From the NCBI RefSeq assembly GCF_008831285.2, contig NC_045138.2:37820001-37884000 (forward strand): 64,000 bases of DNA, in the 5' to 3' direction. Origin of the DNA: Nymphaea colorata (taxonomy: Eukaryota). Below the pieces are notes generated by a model, which saw only the letters and a list, made by a program, of their open reading frames with translations, ran no database searches and was not told the DNA's origin. Shown piece by piece: positions 13,814 through 27,532 of this stretch (within the stretch, counting starts at the first letter, position 1; every line of letters begins with the position of its first letter). The position numbers and the translations under genes are program-made.

Positions 13814-16523
13814 TAAAGAAAAACACTACTAAATTTTAATGCATGGATTTTTCAATCAAAATTAATAAGCAAAGTCAAATAAGAAAAAGCAGACGATTAT
13901 AAGTAAGGAAAATAGATATCATGTATTAATTATGTTTGATAATACCATCATAACAGGAACTGCTACAATGTCAAGAATTGACTGATATATAAGCTCCTAT
14001 CTAAGGGGCGGACTCTCCTCTCGAGTTTGTGGTCGATATTATGAGTAGAAAATGAGAGAACAGTTTTCGAGGGTAACATTTTTTTTTACCTTGCTACGCT
14101 GGTAAAACCTTTTGACTTTGGGGTGGTAAACATTTTCCACCTCTCCTCAGATTAATAGTAAAACCTTCTTCCTCGGTTTCTGGACATGCTTTATAGTGAA
14201 GGGACAAACACGAATCAAAAGTCTTAATCAAACGGCCTGCCTGCATTGGCGCAGAGACAGTGAGTTGGAAGGTGCACACATAGCACCAGTGCAATCTCCA
14301 ACCCGTCTCTGTTGCCACTTCACTTTGTTCTTCCTCCCCTCATTTTTTTTCTCCTCTCGCCTCTCTCTCATCCCTCTTTTCTCGTTTCTCTTTCTCTCTC
14401 TCCTGCTCTTATTTCCCCCTGCTCTTATTTCCCACTGGTATAGATTGTCGGCAGCATCAATGACAACTATCATCCCTCTCTTTCTTTCTCTCTCTTTTCA
14501 ACCCTTGCTCACACCAGCCCATGAAAAAATTTCGACTCAAATTTAGATTGGGATGAATAAAAAATTGTATATGATACTGCTCACATTAAACTTGAATGTC
14601 TAATTCAAGTGCCCCTCGACCAAAACCTCCTGTCTCCTCCACGGTATAATAGTATAACTTTTTGAAACAACAACTTAGTATATTTTTCAACATGTATAGT
14701 ATGAATGTATGTTTGGGGAGCACAAATATCAACCGCGGACCCCAAGAACAAGTTGTTCTTTTTTTGGCATGCCAGGAATGGGAAGAATAAATACAACCCC
14801 AAGAAGAGCTGTATTGGCTTCACAATCAAAACCAAGCATTGAGGAAGAAGCGTTCTTGCCTATTAAGCAAAAAGCTTGGTGCGGATGAGGTTGCAATTGC
14901 ACAAATCACAATTGCCTATTAAGCAAAGATGCATCAGCCACTTAAAGTGTGTGAGGGATACAGTTGGCCTTATAAAGACTATGCATTATGCACAACATGT
15001 GGATAACCATCTTTAAGTAGAGAGAGTGACAGGCCAACAAGAGCCATAAGCCACCCCAGTTTTTCAAAAATCAAATTGTTTTTTTAATTAAATTTGGCCC
15101 CATAAAGATTTTGAAAATTATATAATGCACATCTTTCAAGAAAAATCTTGGCTCTACCACTAACTATATCATCATAAGCACCGAGTTAGGTACCCATCGG
15201 TATGGGCGGAGGGAAGAGGGCCTGTGGTGCCCAATGGTCGTCACAGTTGACACATATAATTATCAGCCACACACACACAGGGAGAGTGAGAGAGAGAGAG
15301 AAGGGGAAGAAGGGAAGAAAGAGAGGGAGAGAAATGTTTACATGGGAATCGAACGAGGGACGCGCCCACTATACGCCACCCTGACCGACCAGTTAGTATA
15401 GTTTAGGAGGGTATTGCAGATCACCCGCCTGGTATCATGATCTCTTCTCGCTGCTCCGAAAGAGAAAGGTGGAAGTGCCTTTCGAACTTCGCTGAATGAC
15501 AATACAAGTCATTGTTGACAGCGAAGCTCCACATTACTCCATCTCTTTGGCCAGTTTCCACCTCTCTCTTTCTCTCTCACACTTTCTTTCTCTCTCTCTC
15601 TCTCTCTCTCAGCATCCCTCTCATTCAGATAACAATGGTTTATTCATTTGAACTCGAACTAGTTCGGCCAATTAGAAAACAATTAGAAAAGGAGAAAAAG
15701 AAAGTTTTGGATTCCCAAATGGCTCTCCTGTCATAAATATGAGCTACACCCTTTTCTATGCAGAACTGGTCTAGCTACAAAAAAAAAAAAAAACCCATTT
15801 GGCGTCACCATCAAGGTTTACTTGCTTGCAATGGGCCTTCACATGTTGCTTAAGCTTTTGTTTGACGCCCGAAAATGACGTAACCTTGTTCCTCCACCCG
15901 GCTGGAAGAAATAAGCGCACTTTACCAGCTATTCATGTCAGACAACTCATAAATGTCCCCAGCCGCCTACAACCTCTAACATATCAGTCCTGATGTACCA
16001 CAAAATTTCTTATGTTGCAAAGGGAATTGCATAGGCAGATGTGCAGTCACGGCTTGATTTTCTTGATATGATCGAGGTTTGCAAGCTGAAGGCCTGTTAT
16101 AAGAATAGGATGTTCTGTAACTGCCTGTATTATCAAACAAGGAACGATAAGAACAGCTTTTACATGTGCGCCCAGCATGGAACAAAAGCTGGCATCTATT
16201 CGGCTGGTGCTGTTAACAGACTCATACATCCCCTTATAACGTTGGGGCGGGACCTATAAGGGATTGGATTTCTTAATGTTCCATGTTTACTTTTCACAAA
16301 GGCAAAAAGAAATTCCAGCTTGATTACCCAGATGAGAATGGCGCCATTAAGACATACTACTTGTGTGCTCATGAATTTCGTCTTCACCAATGATAGATGG
16401 AAAACCTTGCATAAAAATGCAAATTTCGATGCTCATTAATGCCGGTGATCTTTCATAAATTTTCATTCAAGCTTTTACTCTTGTCATACTTCTGAGGTGG
16501 AAAAGTTTTCCTATTATTTGTAG

Positions 16524-18330
16524 GTCAAAGATGCGAAGGGTGTGAAACATTGGAAGCCAGTGAAGGTGAACGCTAGGGATCATCTAAGGATCCCAACTTC
16601 CCCCCCTGGATTGTCACCTGAAGAATATGAGAAACACCTGCAAGGCTACCTCTCAGAGATAGACATAGAAGAAATGTCGCAGAACAAGCCCCTGTGGGAG
16701 GTCTATATCTTCAAGTACTGCACTCCTGGTGCAGTGAACACCCTCGTGTTCAAGCTCCACCATGCAATTGGGGATGGCTTCTCCCTGATGACAGCATTGT
16801 TTTCCTGTCTGCGAAGAGCCGACGACCCGTCCCTGCCACTTACATTTGCATCTTGTAATGGTTCCTCTAAGCAACACCGTTCTAAAATTGAAAACGGAAC
16901 CATATGGAGACATCTCTCACCGCTTTGGTTCACCTTTCAAGACTTTGGCTGGAGCCTGCTGAAAATCAGTTTGCTTGTAGATCCTAAGTCTCCTATAAGA
17001 TCAGGAGAACTCCGGGTTGAGTTCAAGCCAGTGTTTATCTCCTCTATTTCCCTTTAAATAGAGGTGATTGAGAAGTTACATAAGAATTGGAGGCAGTAAG
17101 TTTCTTTGATCTATCTTGGATGTAAATTTCCTGTTCATTTGCTTACAAGAGCCCAACTTCTCTGCAAAAAAGTTGTGTGATGCCCCGTTTTTAAAAACTA
17201 AAGTGCTTAAAAGTTATGAAAATCTAAATAAACTTTTTTTTTTAAATTTCATCAGTATTTTGGCACTAAAAACTACAACACACCAACCTATTTTGCGGTC
17301 TTCCAGAACTTACCAGACAAAAGGCCACGAAAACGACCAAAGATTAGAAGATATTAATACTCTTATCTCCTCTTTTGACAATTCTAGGCACCAATATTCA
17401 ACCAGACCGTCCATCAGGGTTAATTGCTAAAAGCGAAACATGGATTACATTTTACAGTACTGTTTCATTGTCCTCTGGTTTCTTGCCTTTCTCTTTTCAC
17501 GGCAGACCGTGAATGATGTAATCACAGGGACTGTATTCTATGGCATTCAGTTGTACATGCACCGCATGAGTCCGGGCTCAGAAAGCTTACGTGCCACCGC
17601 ATTGGTGTTGCTAAACACAAGAAGTCTCTCTAAGCATCTATATTTGGAGGATATAAGCAAGGATGGAGCTGAAGCGTCCTGGGGAAACCAGTTCGGATAT
17701 ATACATGTTCCTCTCCCTGAATGCAAATGCATCAAGAAGGCGAACCCAAATCGATTATGTGTTTGAAGCACAAGAACTGATCAGTAAAAAGAGGAGCTCA
17801 CTGAGTGTATATCTAATTGGGAGATTCTTAGAGATGCTAAGGAGGCTAAGAGGCCCTGAGGTGTGCCTAATACTTATAACCAACCATGTCAAATGGGTAG
17901 TCACCATTTGACAATGTTTGAAGCACGGCTGGAGCATGACAGAGATAGGGATTTAAAATTGTTACGTTCTGGTTTGGTTCAACCGGCCGATCGGATTTGA
18001 GTTCACTTGGTTCATTTCCTTCGGCAAAAGCTGGATCCCCAGCTCTAGATTTGGACTCATATCAAGTTCTTCATCTGAATTTGAATCAGCACATGACTGA
18101 ATATCCAAATTTGCATGAAATTGGAACTTATATGACACTTTTGCTTGTTACAGGCAGCAGCAGAGTACATCCACCAGCAGAGTACATCCATTCGATACTC
18201 GGAAACACCAGCAAGTCCATTTCAAACATAATTGGCCCATTGGAGAAGATATCCATGGGGGGCTGTCCAGTCAAAAGCTTCTACTTCATGGTGACACATT
18301 TACCGCTATGCTCGTTAGACAGGCACAAGT
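16524..18330 (+). pseudogene. WSD1: WSD1-like pseudogene, copy 2 (exons 2-4 only: 16524..17095, 17506..17860, 18154..~18306; intron-1 remnant from ~15265)
   Basis: Exon 1 and promoter absent. Exon 2 has a premature TAA at 17055-17057 and a 1-nt deletion. Exon 3 has a 1-nt insertion (aacccaaatc, ~17748). Exon 4 has a ~17-nt duplication and lost its donor (accgc|tatgctcg vs accgcaggtgggtatgctcg). Exon 5 missing. Confidence 0.92.
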
Positions 18331-20520
18331 GCTTGAACTCAGTTATGCAGGATTGCAGCATCTCCTACCTCTTCTGCAGGGACTCCCTCTCGTTGTGCAG
18401 CACGTCAACAGCTCGGGGCGCAACAACCATGTCCATGAACCTCTTATCGTTCATAGCAAACAAGTCCAAACCCAAAGCCACCATCAACCTGTCTCGGCTG
18501 CCCAACACAAAAGCACAAGTAAGAGAAAGGGAAGAAATGTTGTGCAAGATATAAAATCTGAAGATTCCGAAGCTCACCATGGAGTTAGGAATCCGAAATT
18601 CAGAGTTGACGGCACGCTTCCATCAATAAGGACTTCTCTGATTCTGGCAAAATGCTGGGAAGCAGCGACGCAAACTTCAGTGTACAGTGAACCTGTTCTT
18701 GAAGTGTGGTCGTTTGCACCACCAAACAGGTTTCCATTTCGTTGGTGAAGATCCAAAGAGGAGGTGTTGCATGGCATAATCCGCATGTGCCATTTACTCA
18801 TTCCAGGCTCAGCAATGTTGTCATGGTCCTTCTTAGTGCCTGCACCCGCGGGCTCACCGGGTTGGTCAGGAGAAGAAGTTTCAGGAATAGTATGGGCTCG
18901 TGAATCACTATCATAGCAACAGATTTGAGAGTATGGGCTCGTGACTGAATCAAGGTGGTGACGAACTAGCTGCTTGCATTGTTTTGCTAAGTCATGAATG
19001 AACTGATTGTATGAATGCCGAAGCGCCGCATGAAAACCACCATACCCGTCCATGCTTCCTTTCCATCTTTCATCTGCTCATTTGAGAAATCAAATGCACT
19101 TCGTAAAGAAAAAATGAAACCAATCCAGTCATCCATGAAGATAAACTTGTGAATCAAATTGTACCATCTAAAGATTCATTGTTCTTGTTACGTTCAACAG
19201 CAAGGTCAAAAAGGTTCCTCAAGACATAAGCAAGTCGGACGCATGCAGTGTCCAAGATAGGAGCCAACCATGACCGAGCTGCTGCACGAGCTATCTCTAT
19301 TGCTGCACCTGCAACTCCCCCACACCCACCTTTAAGAGCCTGGGCGAGTAAAATATTAGCAACCTGTAGCACAAAGCGCATTAGAAGCTAATACACATTT
19401 CCCATCGTCACAGACTAAGAATGTTTCTAATCGAAAAATCTACCTTCTCCCTTGACACTGTCGGGCATTGTATAGAATGGGTAGCACATCTGAACTCATG
19501 CATTACCCTCTCGAATGCAGCTCCACCATAAAGTTTGAGAACAGAAGTAGGTGGCTTTACTTCTTCAACAACTCCAGGCCAATTTCCAAAGCCACTTTCG
19601 AGACGTTCTTCATCAGTTGTTTTCCCCCATTCATCTGGGGCAGGGTCAATGGCTCCATCGATCAATGCCCACTGTGTCAAGCAAAGAAATTCCAAAAGGT
19701 AAGAAATTCGCTGGTTAGAGGTTCTGCCAACAACGATAAAGAGAAAATACGTACCACATGTCTACTAATAGAAGCAACATGTAACATTGCCAATCTCCGG
19801 AGAGAAGCAACATCAGAAGTAGCCTGCAGCTTGGTATCAGCTCGAGCTAGCACAACTGCAACTTCAGCACAAGGTTGTTCTAGTAAGGCAAGAGTTGCAG
19901 GAGCAGCCTCCTTGTATCTCTGCTGAAGCTCCGACTCCAAGTAATCTCTTAGGCGTCCAAAACCAATGAAAGATCCATACTTCTCTTTGTCAAACCCTCC
20001 CTTAACACTTTCACAGAGATAATGAACAATGTCCGAGCCAATTTGGGAGTTCTGCCTGCGAAATTCTTCATTCGAAGTAACACTTCTGACTTTTGGCAAT
20101 GCCACAAAAAAGGGTCGAGTACTGTCACCAAGGTAACCACTTGCGCTTAAATATCGATCAACTTCCCATCTATCAGTGAATTCCTGTTTGAGACCATATT
20201 GTTAGTTTCAAGAATGATGAACTAAAGCCTCCATTTTCTGGCTTCAACTGCTGACAACATTCCATTATCCCTTTGATGCATGAAATGGAGATGAGTTCAG
20301 GACTCGAAATACCTTAAGTCTATTGTCAAACTTGGAAACAACGACTATTTTGCGGAGCAGAGTGGGATCAACACTTCGCACAGCATCTAACCATAGTGAA
20401 GAACACCATTCAACACTGCTCTGTTGGAGGAACACGAGCAGTCAATCTGGAGGAGCTGTCAGTGCTTTATCCATAGACAGAATCTCATGAGGAGTGCTAT
20501 CTGTTTCTCCTTTCTTCTCC
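18331..20520 (-). pseudogene. DRP5A: Dynamin-related protein 5A pseudogene A (intron-containing, lacks exons 1-2, 3' end truncated); exon remnants ~20520-20313, 20183-19755, ~19672-19444, 19363-19165, 19073-18578, 18497-18331
   Basis: Translations match plant DRP5A: FLQQSSVEWCSSLWLDAVR..VVSKFDNRLK, RDYLESELQQRYKEAAPATLALLE, KLYGGAAFERVMHEFRCA, LAKQCKQLVRHHLDSVTSPYS, QHFARIREVL, RDRLMVALGLDLFAMND. In-frame stops (~20445, 18365), frameshift near 20100, internal deletion after CYDSDS. Confidence 0.92.
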
Positions 20521-22556
20521 TATCAGACAAGCATTTCATAGATAGACTTAACAACTGAAAGATGCTGAAACTTATTATCACCTTTTTCATGCCAATAGAA
20601 CAATAGGAAACTGAAACTCATTCAGAAGGCAAAAGTTACTGATGTTTACCATGCTTTCCGAAATGTTTAGCAGGTTTCTACCCAGGCAGCTTCTTTTTAC
20701 GCTTTTTAATTCCTGTCAAATATGTATGAAAAATGCCAATTTAATAAATCAGAATGCAAGCTTGAACAGCAAAGTTGACAACACAGATTCATCCACTAAG
20801 GATGACATAAATTACTCAAGCAAGACAGTCAAATAATTGAACATGGCAATGAAGTATTTGGTTAAATAAGATCCTCACCTGTTGCAGCATAAACAGGAAA
20901 TTAGAATGGAAGTCACAGTTGTAGATTGCATCTTTGCCAAGATTAAGACAGAGGAACACAAGCAATATGGACTAAAGAGACAAACAAAACATCATATACC
21001 AGTATCTACTTACTATCCATCATTCTCACGGATGCCATCATCAAATCTGCCTTTTGCAAAACACAATTCCTTGAACATATGTGAAAAGTATAACTAAAAA
21101 TATAATTTTTCATTTGTACATCTAGGATTTTATAAAGTTCTAGAAACCAACGAACGGTCTAACTTTTTGGGCTTCTAATGTTCCATTTACACTAAAGAAA
21201 CATACACTTATGTAACCATTGGAAATGAAGATTGCAGGTATATGTTTTTGTTTTTTAAACTCTCATCCAATGAACACCAGATTGTTTATCAGGCTACATT
21301 TAATACTCTTTCAGATGGAAAGAATGTACATTTATGAGGGAGTATTACATCTATGAGGGAGTATTAAAAGATCAGGAACCAAGTGTAAAAACTGCCCCTG
21401 ATTTTAACATGCAAGAAACAAGCAGAAAAGCTAATGAAATTAAGAAACTAGTAAAGAATGGAAAATCACATCTTATTCCTTAGCGACCAAATACAGGAGG
21501 TGTTAAGTCAAGCTACTTATCTGAATAACCAATAAAAATCAGCATGAATCCTCTCATGTACACCACTATTCTACAAAAAAAAGTAATGCCAAAATGTTCT
21601 TGCATTATTTTCCAAAACAACAGGACACCACACTTAAAGCACCTATCACCACCAAATCGACTCCACTTATTTTCTATGGACCAGCGGCAGCAATACAACA
21701 GGAATCTGGACCAGGCTAGACTGTGAATGGCAAGTGGAAGAATAATAATTGGCAAGGTGAGATGCTAGCTCCCTATATTTGAAACCAATGGATGGAGAAA
21801 TGAACTTTTTCTTCCTCAAATTTTACATTTGTGGTACTTTCCCCAAAAAATCAGCCAGACAAAAAATTTTAGTGCAAATCCTGATGGCCTTTATGGAAGT
21901 GGATAAAAATCATGCTTGCGGATAAGCTTTTGGCAACTACAGATTTACCCAACAGCAAGCTCCTTGAGTGTTGTTCATCACGAAAGATGTTAGGATCAGT
22001 TCAGTGAATCCAGAGTTTAGACTGAATTAGTAATAAACATAATATTCTGGAAATGCCACAACTTGCTACAATAAGGACCTCTCACACTCAGCAAGTCCCT
22101 GTGGCTCAACAAACATAATCTGACTTTTATATTTTGTAAGAGTATGCTTTATTGATTATGGTTATCATTCAGTATTAGAGGTTGGAAATGATTGCTAGCG
22201 GTTTCCTTCCCCCAATCCAGAAGCATGAGCAAACCCATGCATGTCAGATGAACCAAACATTTACAAATTGCCAGGATTAGCATGGCTTTTCTGACAGGCA
22301 CTTTTGGAAAACTGAACTCTCCTTAACCCTATTTCCCTATGCCACCATTTCCCTAATAAGACTTCTCGCTGTCTTCCTGCACAACCATCATTTTCTGCAA
22401 CAGGGCTCCACCGCAAGCTACCTCCATCAAATCTAGAAAACTTAGTTTGTCCATCCTAAGCTTTAGATGCTCAGCAGAAACTCATCCCATACTATAGTGT
22501 GTTTTAATTATGCTGCCCATTCTACTTTGTCAGAAATGCTGCATGTGTATTCAAAT

Positions 22557-22913
22557 CATTGTCACAAAAAACGGGGACGGGTATTAAACGGCGAGAAAAA
22601 AAACGGGTATAATACGGCAAAGTTTTATATATCGGGAACAAAACGGGAAAAGTTCGGCAAATTTTTAAAAAAAATTAAACATTTAATACATCTTAAAAAT
22701 TATAAAAATAATAATTGATAAAAAAACGGTAAAAAACGGGAAAATAACGGAAAATAACGGCAAAAAACGGGTATTATACGGGTATTATACGCGTTTTTTG
22801 TTTTTTGACGTTTTTTAAAAAAAAACGGGAATAGTACGGGTATTATACGGCAGAACTGTTTTTGGCGTTAAATACGCGTTTTTTTTTTAAAAACGGCGTT
22901 TTTTGTGACAATG
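22557..22913. mobile_element. hAT-type MITE, 357 bp
   Basis: 17-bp perfect TIR CATTGTCACAAAAAACG / CGTTTTTTGTGACAATG; 8-bp TSD ATTCAAAT (22549-22556, 22914-22921); internal AAACGG repeats. Confidence 0.9.
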
Positions 22914-23607
22914 ATTCAAATCTATAATAAACCTCAAAGACATAACATTCAGATTTGAGTACCAATCTAAACTTGTTAGTGATTATTAAATAGCACCATA
23001 GGACACCCGAGACACACAAGGGCAGTTCAAAGTTACGCAGAAGTGATCAATAGGCGAACAAAATGCTCAAGACAAGTAACTGAACTAGAGGTGATTGCAG
23101 TCATGAATCAATCAGTTATAAAGGAAAATAAGATATCATAATATTTCCGTTCATGTGTGTTATGGAAAAAGGGGTTTTCTCCAGATTGCAGAAGGAAGTT
23201 CTGGAGACGAAAAGAATATGAACATATTTTTGCTAGGAAGGTATTGATATCTATAATTCTTTCTCGCGCACAACTTGTTTGATGAACAGCAGAGCACAAC
23301 CTGCAAGTCTGAGAACCCTTGGTCGAGTGGCGCATTGAACGAAACGAAAAGCAAAAATATTAAACCAGGCGTTAACCCAAACCAAAAGCAAGGGAGAGAC
23401 GGAAGGCGGCCTGGGTCGACGCCACAAGCGACCGTCTGGCTGGAGTAAGAGAAGGCCGGGGCAAGGGTTGAGAAGGGGAGAGAGAGAGGGAGAGAGAAAG
23501 AGAGTCAAGGGAAGGGGACTGGTACCTGCGGAGACCAAATGGTCAGAGACGAGCAAGGTGCAGGAATCTGAATGTGCGAGGGAGACGACGACGACGAAGA
23601 GGCAGTG

Positions 23608-23733
23608 GCTGCGGCTGCGTGAGGACGAAGAGGGCTGCGGCTGCGACTGCGTGAGGACGAAGAGGGCTGCGGCTGCGTGAGGACGAAGAGGGCTGCGGCT
23701 GCGTGAGGACGAAGAGGGCTGCGGCTGCGTGAG
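23608..23733 (+). repeat. GC-rich 26-bp minisatellite (~4 copies), followed by (TTCACAC)5 at ~23850 and (TA)n at ~23953-23992
   Basis: gcggctgcgtgaggacgaagagggct repeated. Confidence 0.85.
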
Positions 23734-23950
23734 AAACTCCCGGCAGCAGGAAGGAAGACGCAGAACCATACGCGAGCGTGCCCTTGGTATATTCTCAGAG
23801 AAACGGGTTCTTAGGGTCCAAACAGGCAGTTGGAGGCATCTGATCCAAGTTCACACTTCACACTTCACACTTCACACTTCACAGCTTCACCCGTTAGTAT
23901 ATTTTCAAAGTGCTACTGCTGACCACAACTTCAAAATGACATTAAAAGAA

Positions 23951-23994
<44 letters not shown>

Positions 23995-24760
23995 AGATTT
24001 TTCCGGGGGATGGGTTGAAAGTACTTAAAAATCAATTACCATGGTACACACCACAAGTATGTGCCGTCTTACCCCCATTTCAAGCTTCTGAAAACAAAAA
24101 AAAGGAAATTAAACAAAATTTTGAACAGAAAAAAGCAAAAGGACAAGGAGGAACTGTTTTGTTTTTCAATAACAATCTTCATCCATTTTTCAAAAAACAA
24201 TCTTTCTTTTGTCGACCATTCCACCATGTCATTATTTTTCTCTCCTTCATTTTGAAACTCCTCCCCCTTTTCTTTAAGAAAACAAGTTATTGTCATGTAC
24301 ATTCTTCCATTTTCGCCGGTACCAAGTTATCTCTTATCTAGAATATTGGCTACAAAACATGATATGCTCTCTTGTGGTAGTTAACATTGATTATCTCTGT
24401 AACTAATGCTATTAAGTATTAAGCGCAACAGGTAATCAAGTTAAGCAGTACATTGGTGAACGTGGAAAAGAAAACAAATAACATTGCCAAATTTGAAATT
24501 TGACTGATGGGAACGATGCTGTTATAAAGGATAATTAAATTCAATTCACCATTCATAGCGGCTCTTGGAAGTGAGTGCAAGACGCGGAGGTCACAGGTGT
24601 GAGGAAGCTCCTATAATTGCAAACACGAGGTGGACAAGATAATAATCAGATCAGTCTGGGATTACTCCAGACTCGACTCTCTCATTTCAGCATTGGAAGC
24701 GAACCAGGAAGTGAAGCACACGGATAACCAGCATAAGTTAGGGAAATGCAAGCCAATTCC

Positions 24761-24886
24761 TGGGGTGGAGAAAAATGTCCTGGCACATTAAAGACCCGAC
24801 AGTGGGGTGGAGAAAAATGTCCTCGCACATTAAAGACCCGACAGTGGGGTGGAGAAAAATGTCCTGGCACATTAAAGACCCGACAG
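24761..24886 (+). repeat. 42-bp tandem repeat x3
   Basis: tggggtggagaaaaatgtcct(g/c)gcacattaaagacccgacag three times; single copy in the paralogous segment at ~2592-2632. Confidence 0.95.
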
Positions 24887-25015
24887 CAGATTGGAATAGA
24901 TAATCCCTGTGCCGGGGCAGGGTGCAGTCGGTGAGTGTGTGGTCTATTTTGTCTGTTTGGCTGGATGGAAGAGACAGGTTGGATCGTCCAAAGTTCAGGC
25001 AGCTATATCACTTTA

Positions 25016-25765
25016 GGGCCCGTTTGATAGGCGGATGAAATTTAACGCAGTAAGTTTACCATGGTAAATTTTTCTAGAAAAATGTAGTGGATGAAATTTC
25101 ACCCTCTTCCAATACCAGGCTCTGTTTGATTGTCGGGTGAAATTTAACGTGGTAAATTTAACCCTGTTTGATGAACATGAAGAATTTAACGCGGTAAATT
25201 TAACCTTGTTTGATGCACAGAAAAAATTTAACCTGAAAAATGTTGTTTTTTTTTCTCATCCCCAATCTGACTTTGTTAGGAGAAGGAATGTGATCTTCCA
25301 AAACAACAAAAGATCACCACTCAAATAAATCCCACAAAAGCTTGTGTTAAGAAGCCAAAACATCTAAAGGCACGATACAAAGTTGCCACAATCATGAGAA
25401 ATCGTCACAACTGGATATACTCGACATAGCCACTTCCAGGTAGACCCCAACACCACCCAAAATCCCATAAAAATTATATATTTCTTCATGAATCATCCCA
25501 AAACAAATCAATTAAGGGTGAGCACTGGGAGGACGATTAGTTGTGGCGAAAACTAACAGAAGAAGCTCTCTGAAGAGCTATAGATCTTCATTCTGCTGTT
25601 CTGGTTCGTACCATGTCTGTTTTTCCTTTCTTTCGGTGTTTCTTCTGCTCCTTTGGGTTCTAGGCTCACTGATCATGAGATTCTGACGGCAAAAAGACGG
25701 GTGCCTTTTAGGAATCCATCTTTCATTTCTGTTTTAATGTTTATAGTTCTCCTTCTGGATTGGTG

Positions 25766-25801
<36 letters not shown>

Positions 25802-27526
25802 TTCTCTCTGTGGCACAAATTGGTTTTACATAAACTGAGTATCTTTTGGTTGGAACGGAGGCCATTTCTTACTCAGGACGTATGGCACTCCGTTAATTCC
25901 CTCATGTTTTTTTATTTTTAAAACCAATTGAAGGAGCCAACCTCAAAGAAAAACCGAAAAAGAAACCAATAAGATGTCCAAAGTTCTTGGTGGGTCGCTC
26001 TTTCTTCTTTTTTTGTAATACCAACTTTTGAGATTTGTTTGGTATTATATGTTCATTGTCATTCTGTCATAGAAGTGAGGCTTCATACTCTTCCCTGTTT
26101 CTGCTGAAGATGGTCTGATCCAGTTATCCCTTTAATGTTCTCTTATTCTACAGATAAATTCTACTTTATTGGCTATATAGGGGCGCACTAATATGTCTCT
26201 TTTTCTTTTCAGTTTTCAGTCAGATTTTCCTCAAGTTTCAATAATTGTTGCAGAAGAACAGGATCGAGATGTACCGAGCATCTGTTACTGTGCATACCAT
26301 GCTTCCAACCTACATGAAGTGTCCCTCCCTCTCTCTCTCTCTCTCTCTCACATTTCAAGTCATCATGATGCATATATCATCCATTTTAAACATATGCATG
26401 TTCAACATTATAAGCCAAAATGAACAAGCGTCTAATGAGAAAAGGTTATAAAGCATCCAGATGCACAGATTCCCTGTTGCTGCACGAAAACATCAGATTG
26501 TCCACAACTGTTTATCATCAGTGTTTCCGTTTTATTTAACAAAAACTTGCCTAAGATACAAAGAAAACTTTGTTATAATCGGGCAAATCAAGTTGTTACA
26601 CGCCATAAACCAACTGTGGAAGGTTTTTGAATAACTGATTCATCATCAGGACATAAATTACTCAAGGAAAAGTGTCTGCAATTAAACTACTTAAGCTGAC
26701 TACTTATGTGCGGACCATGAGGGCTGAGACTAATAACGACTAGTGAATCCTGGAATGCAGGAGTCAACAGGGAAAGATGTCGAGGATGATGTCCGAAATC
26801 AAAAAACAGTGAATTTAGTATTTCTACACTGATAAGCAACAGGAGCTAAAGAAATCAAAAGACGGAAAATGAGCGACTAGTTAGGGCATCAAACGCCCAA
26901 ATCAGACGCCTATGCACCTCAACTACAGTGGCAGACTGTCTCTATGGCAGAGGGGAATGAGCGACAACTTAGGGCATCAGAGAAAGGGGGAAAGGAAAGG
27001 CATCAGAGAGAGAAAGGGAGAATGCTTACCGGCGGTGGAGCGGAGACGCGACGGCGCTGAGGCGACGGTCTCTGTGGCAGACGGTCTCTGTGGCAGAGGG
27101 GAAGAAGCGACAACTTAGGGCATCAGAGAAAGGGAGAAAGGGAGGGAATCAAAGAGGGAGAAAGGGAAAAAGCCGGTAGAGAAAGGGAGAAAGGGAGGGA
27201 ATCAGAGAGGGAGAAAGGGAAAAAGCCTACCGGCGGTGGAGCAGAGAGGCAGCGGCGACAGAGAGGCAGCGGCGACGGTGCAACCTCCTTCCACTCGGGT
27301 GCGATGTGAGAAGGCTCGAGGGAGGAGGAGCTGCGGTGCGATGTGAGCTGCCGAAGGAGGTCGTGCGCTGAGGAGGGTCGAGCGCCCGAAACAACGGAGC
27401 TCGGACTTTCGAGCGGGTGGAATTCCACCCGCTCCCTTTTGCGTTAAACGGGTGGAATTCCACCCCGTTTGACGGGATTTCAATCGCGTAGGTGAAATTT
27501 CACTCGCAGTATAAATTTTTCCTCCT
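25016..27526. mobile_element. Non-autonomous PIF/Harbinger element 2a (right TIR missing)
   Basis: TTA|GGGCCCGTTTGAT at 25013-25028; left subterminal array homologous to 11609-11850; right subterminal palindromes at 27411-27505, ending at aaatttttcctcc. Confidence 0.8.
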
Positions 27527-27532
27527 TAACAA

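Noticed and set aside
14750..14800. FFGMPGMGRINTT as an NB-ARC P-loop relic
   Set aside because: Lacks GKT and no other NB-ARC motif follows; chance similarity.
17997..18748. 185-aa and 146-aa plus-strand ORFs as a novel chimeric gene
   Set aside because: They run through WSD intron 3, a frameshifted exon 4 and antisense DRP5A; an accidental consequence of the deletion junction.
24761..24886. 42-bp repeats as a CRISPR-like array
   Set aside because: Units are contiguous with no spacers, the context is eukaryotic, and the paralogous segment has a single unit: a local triplication.
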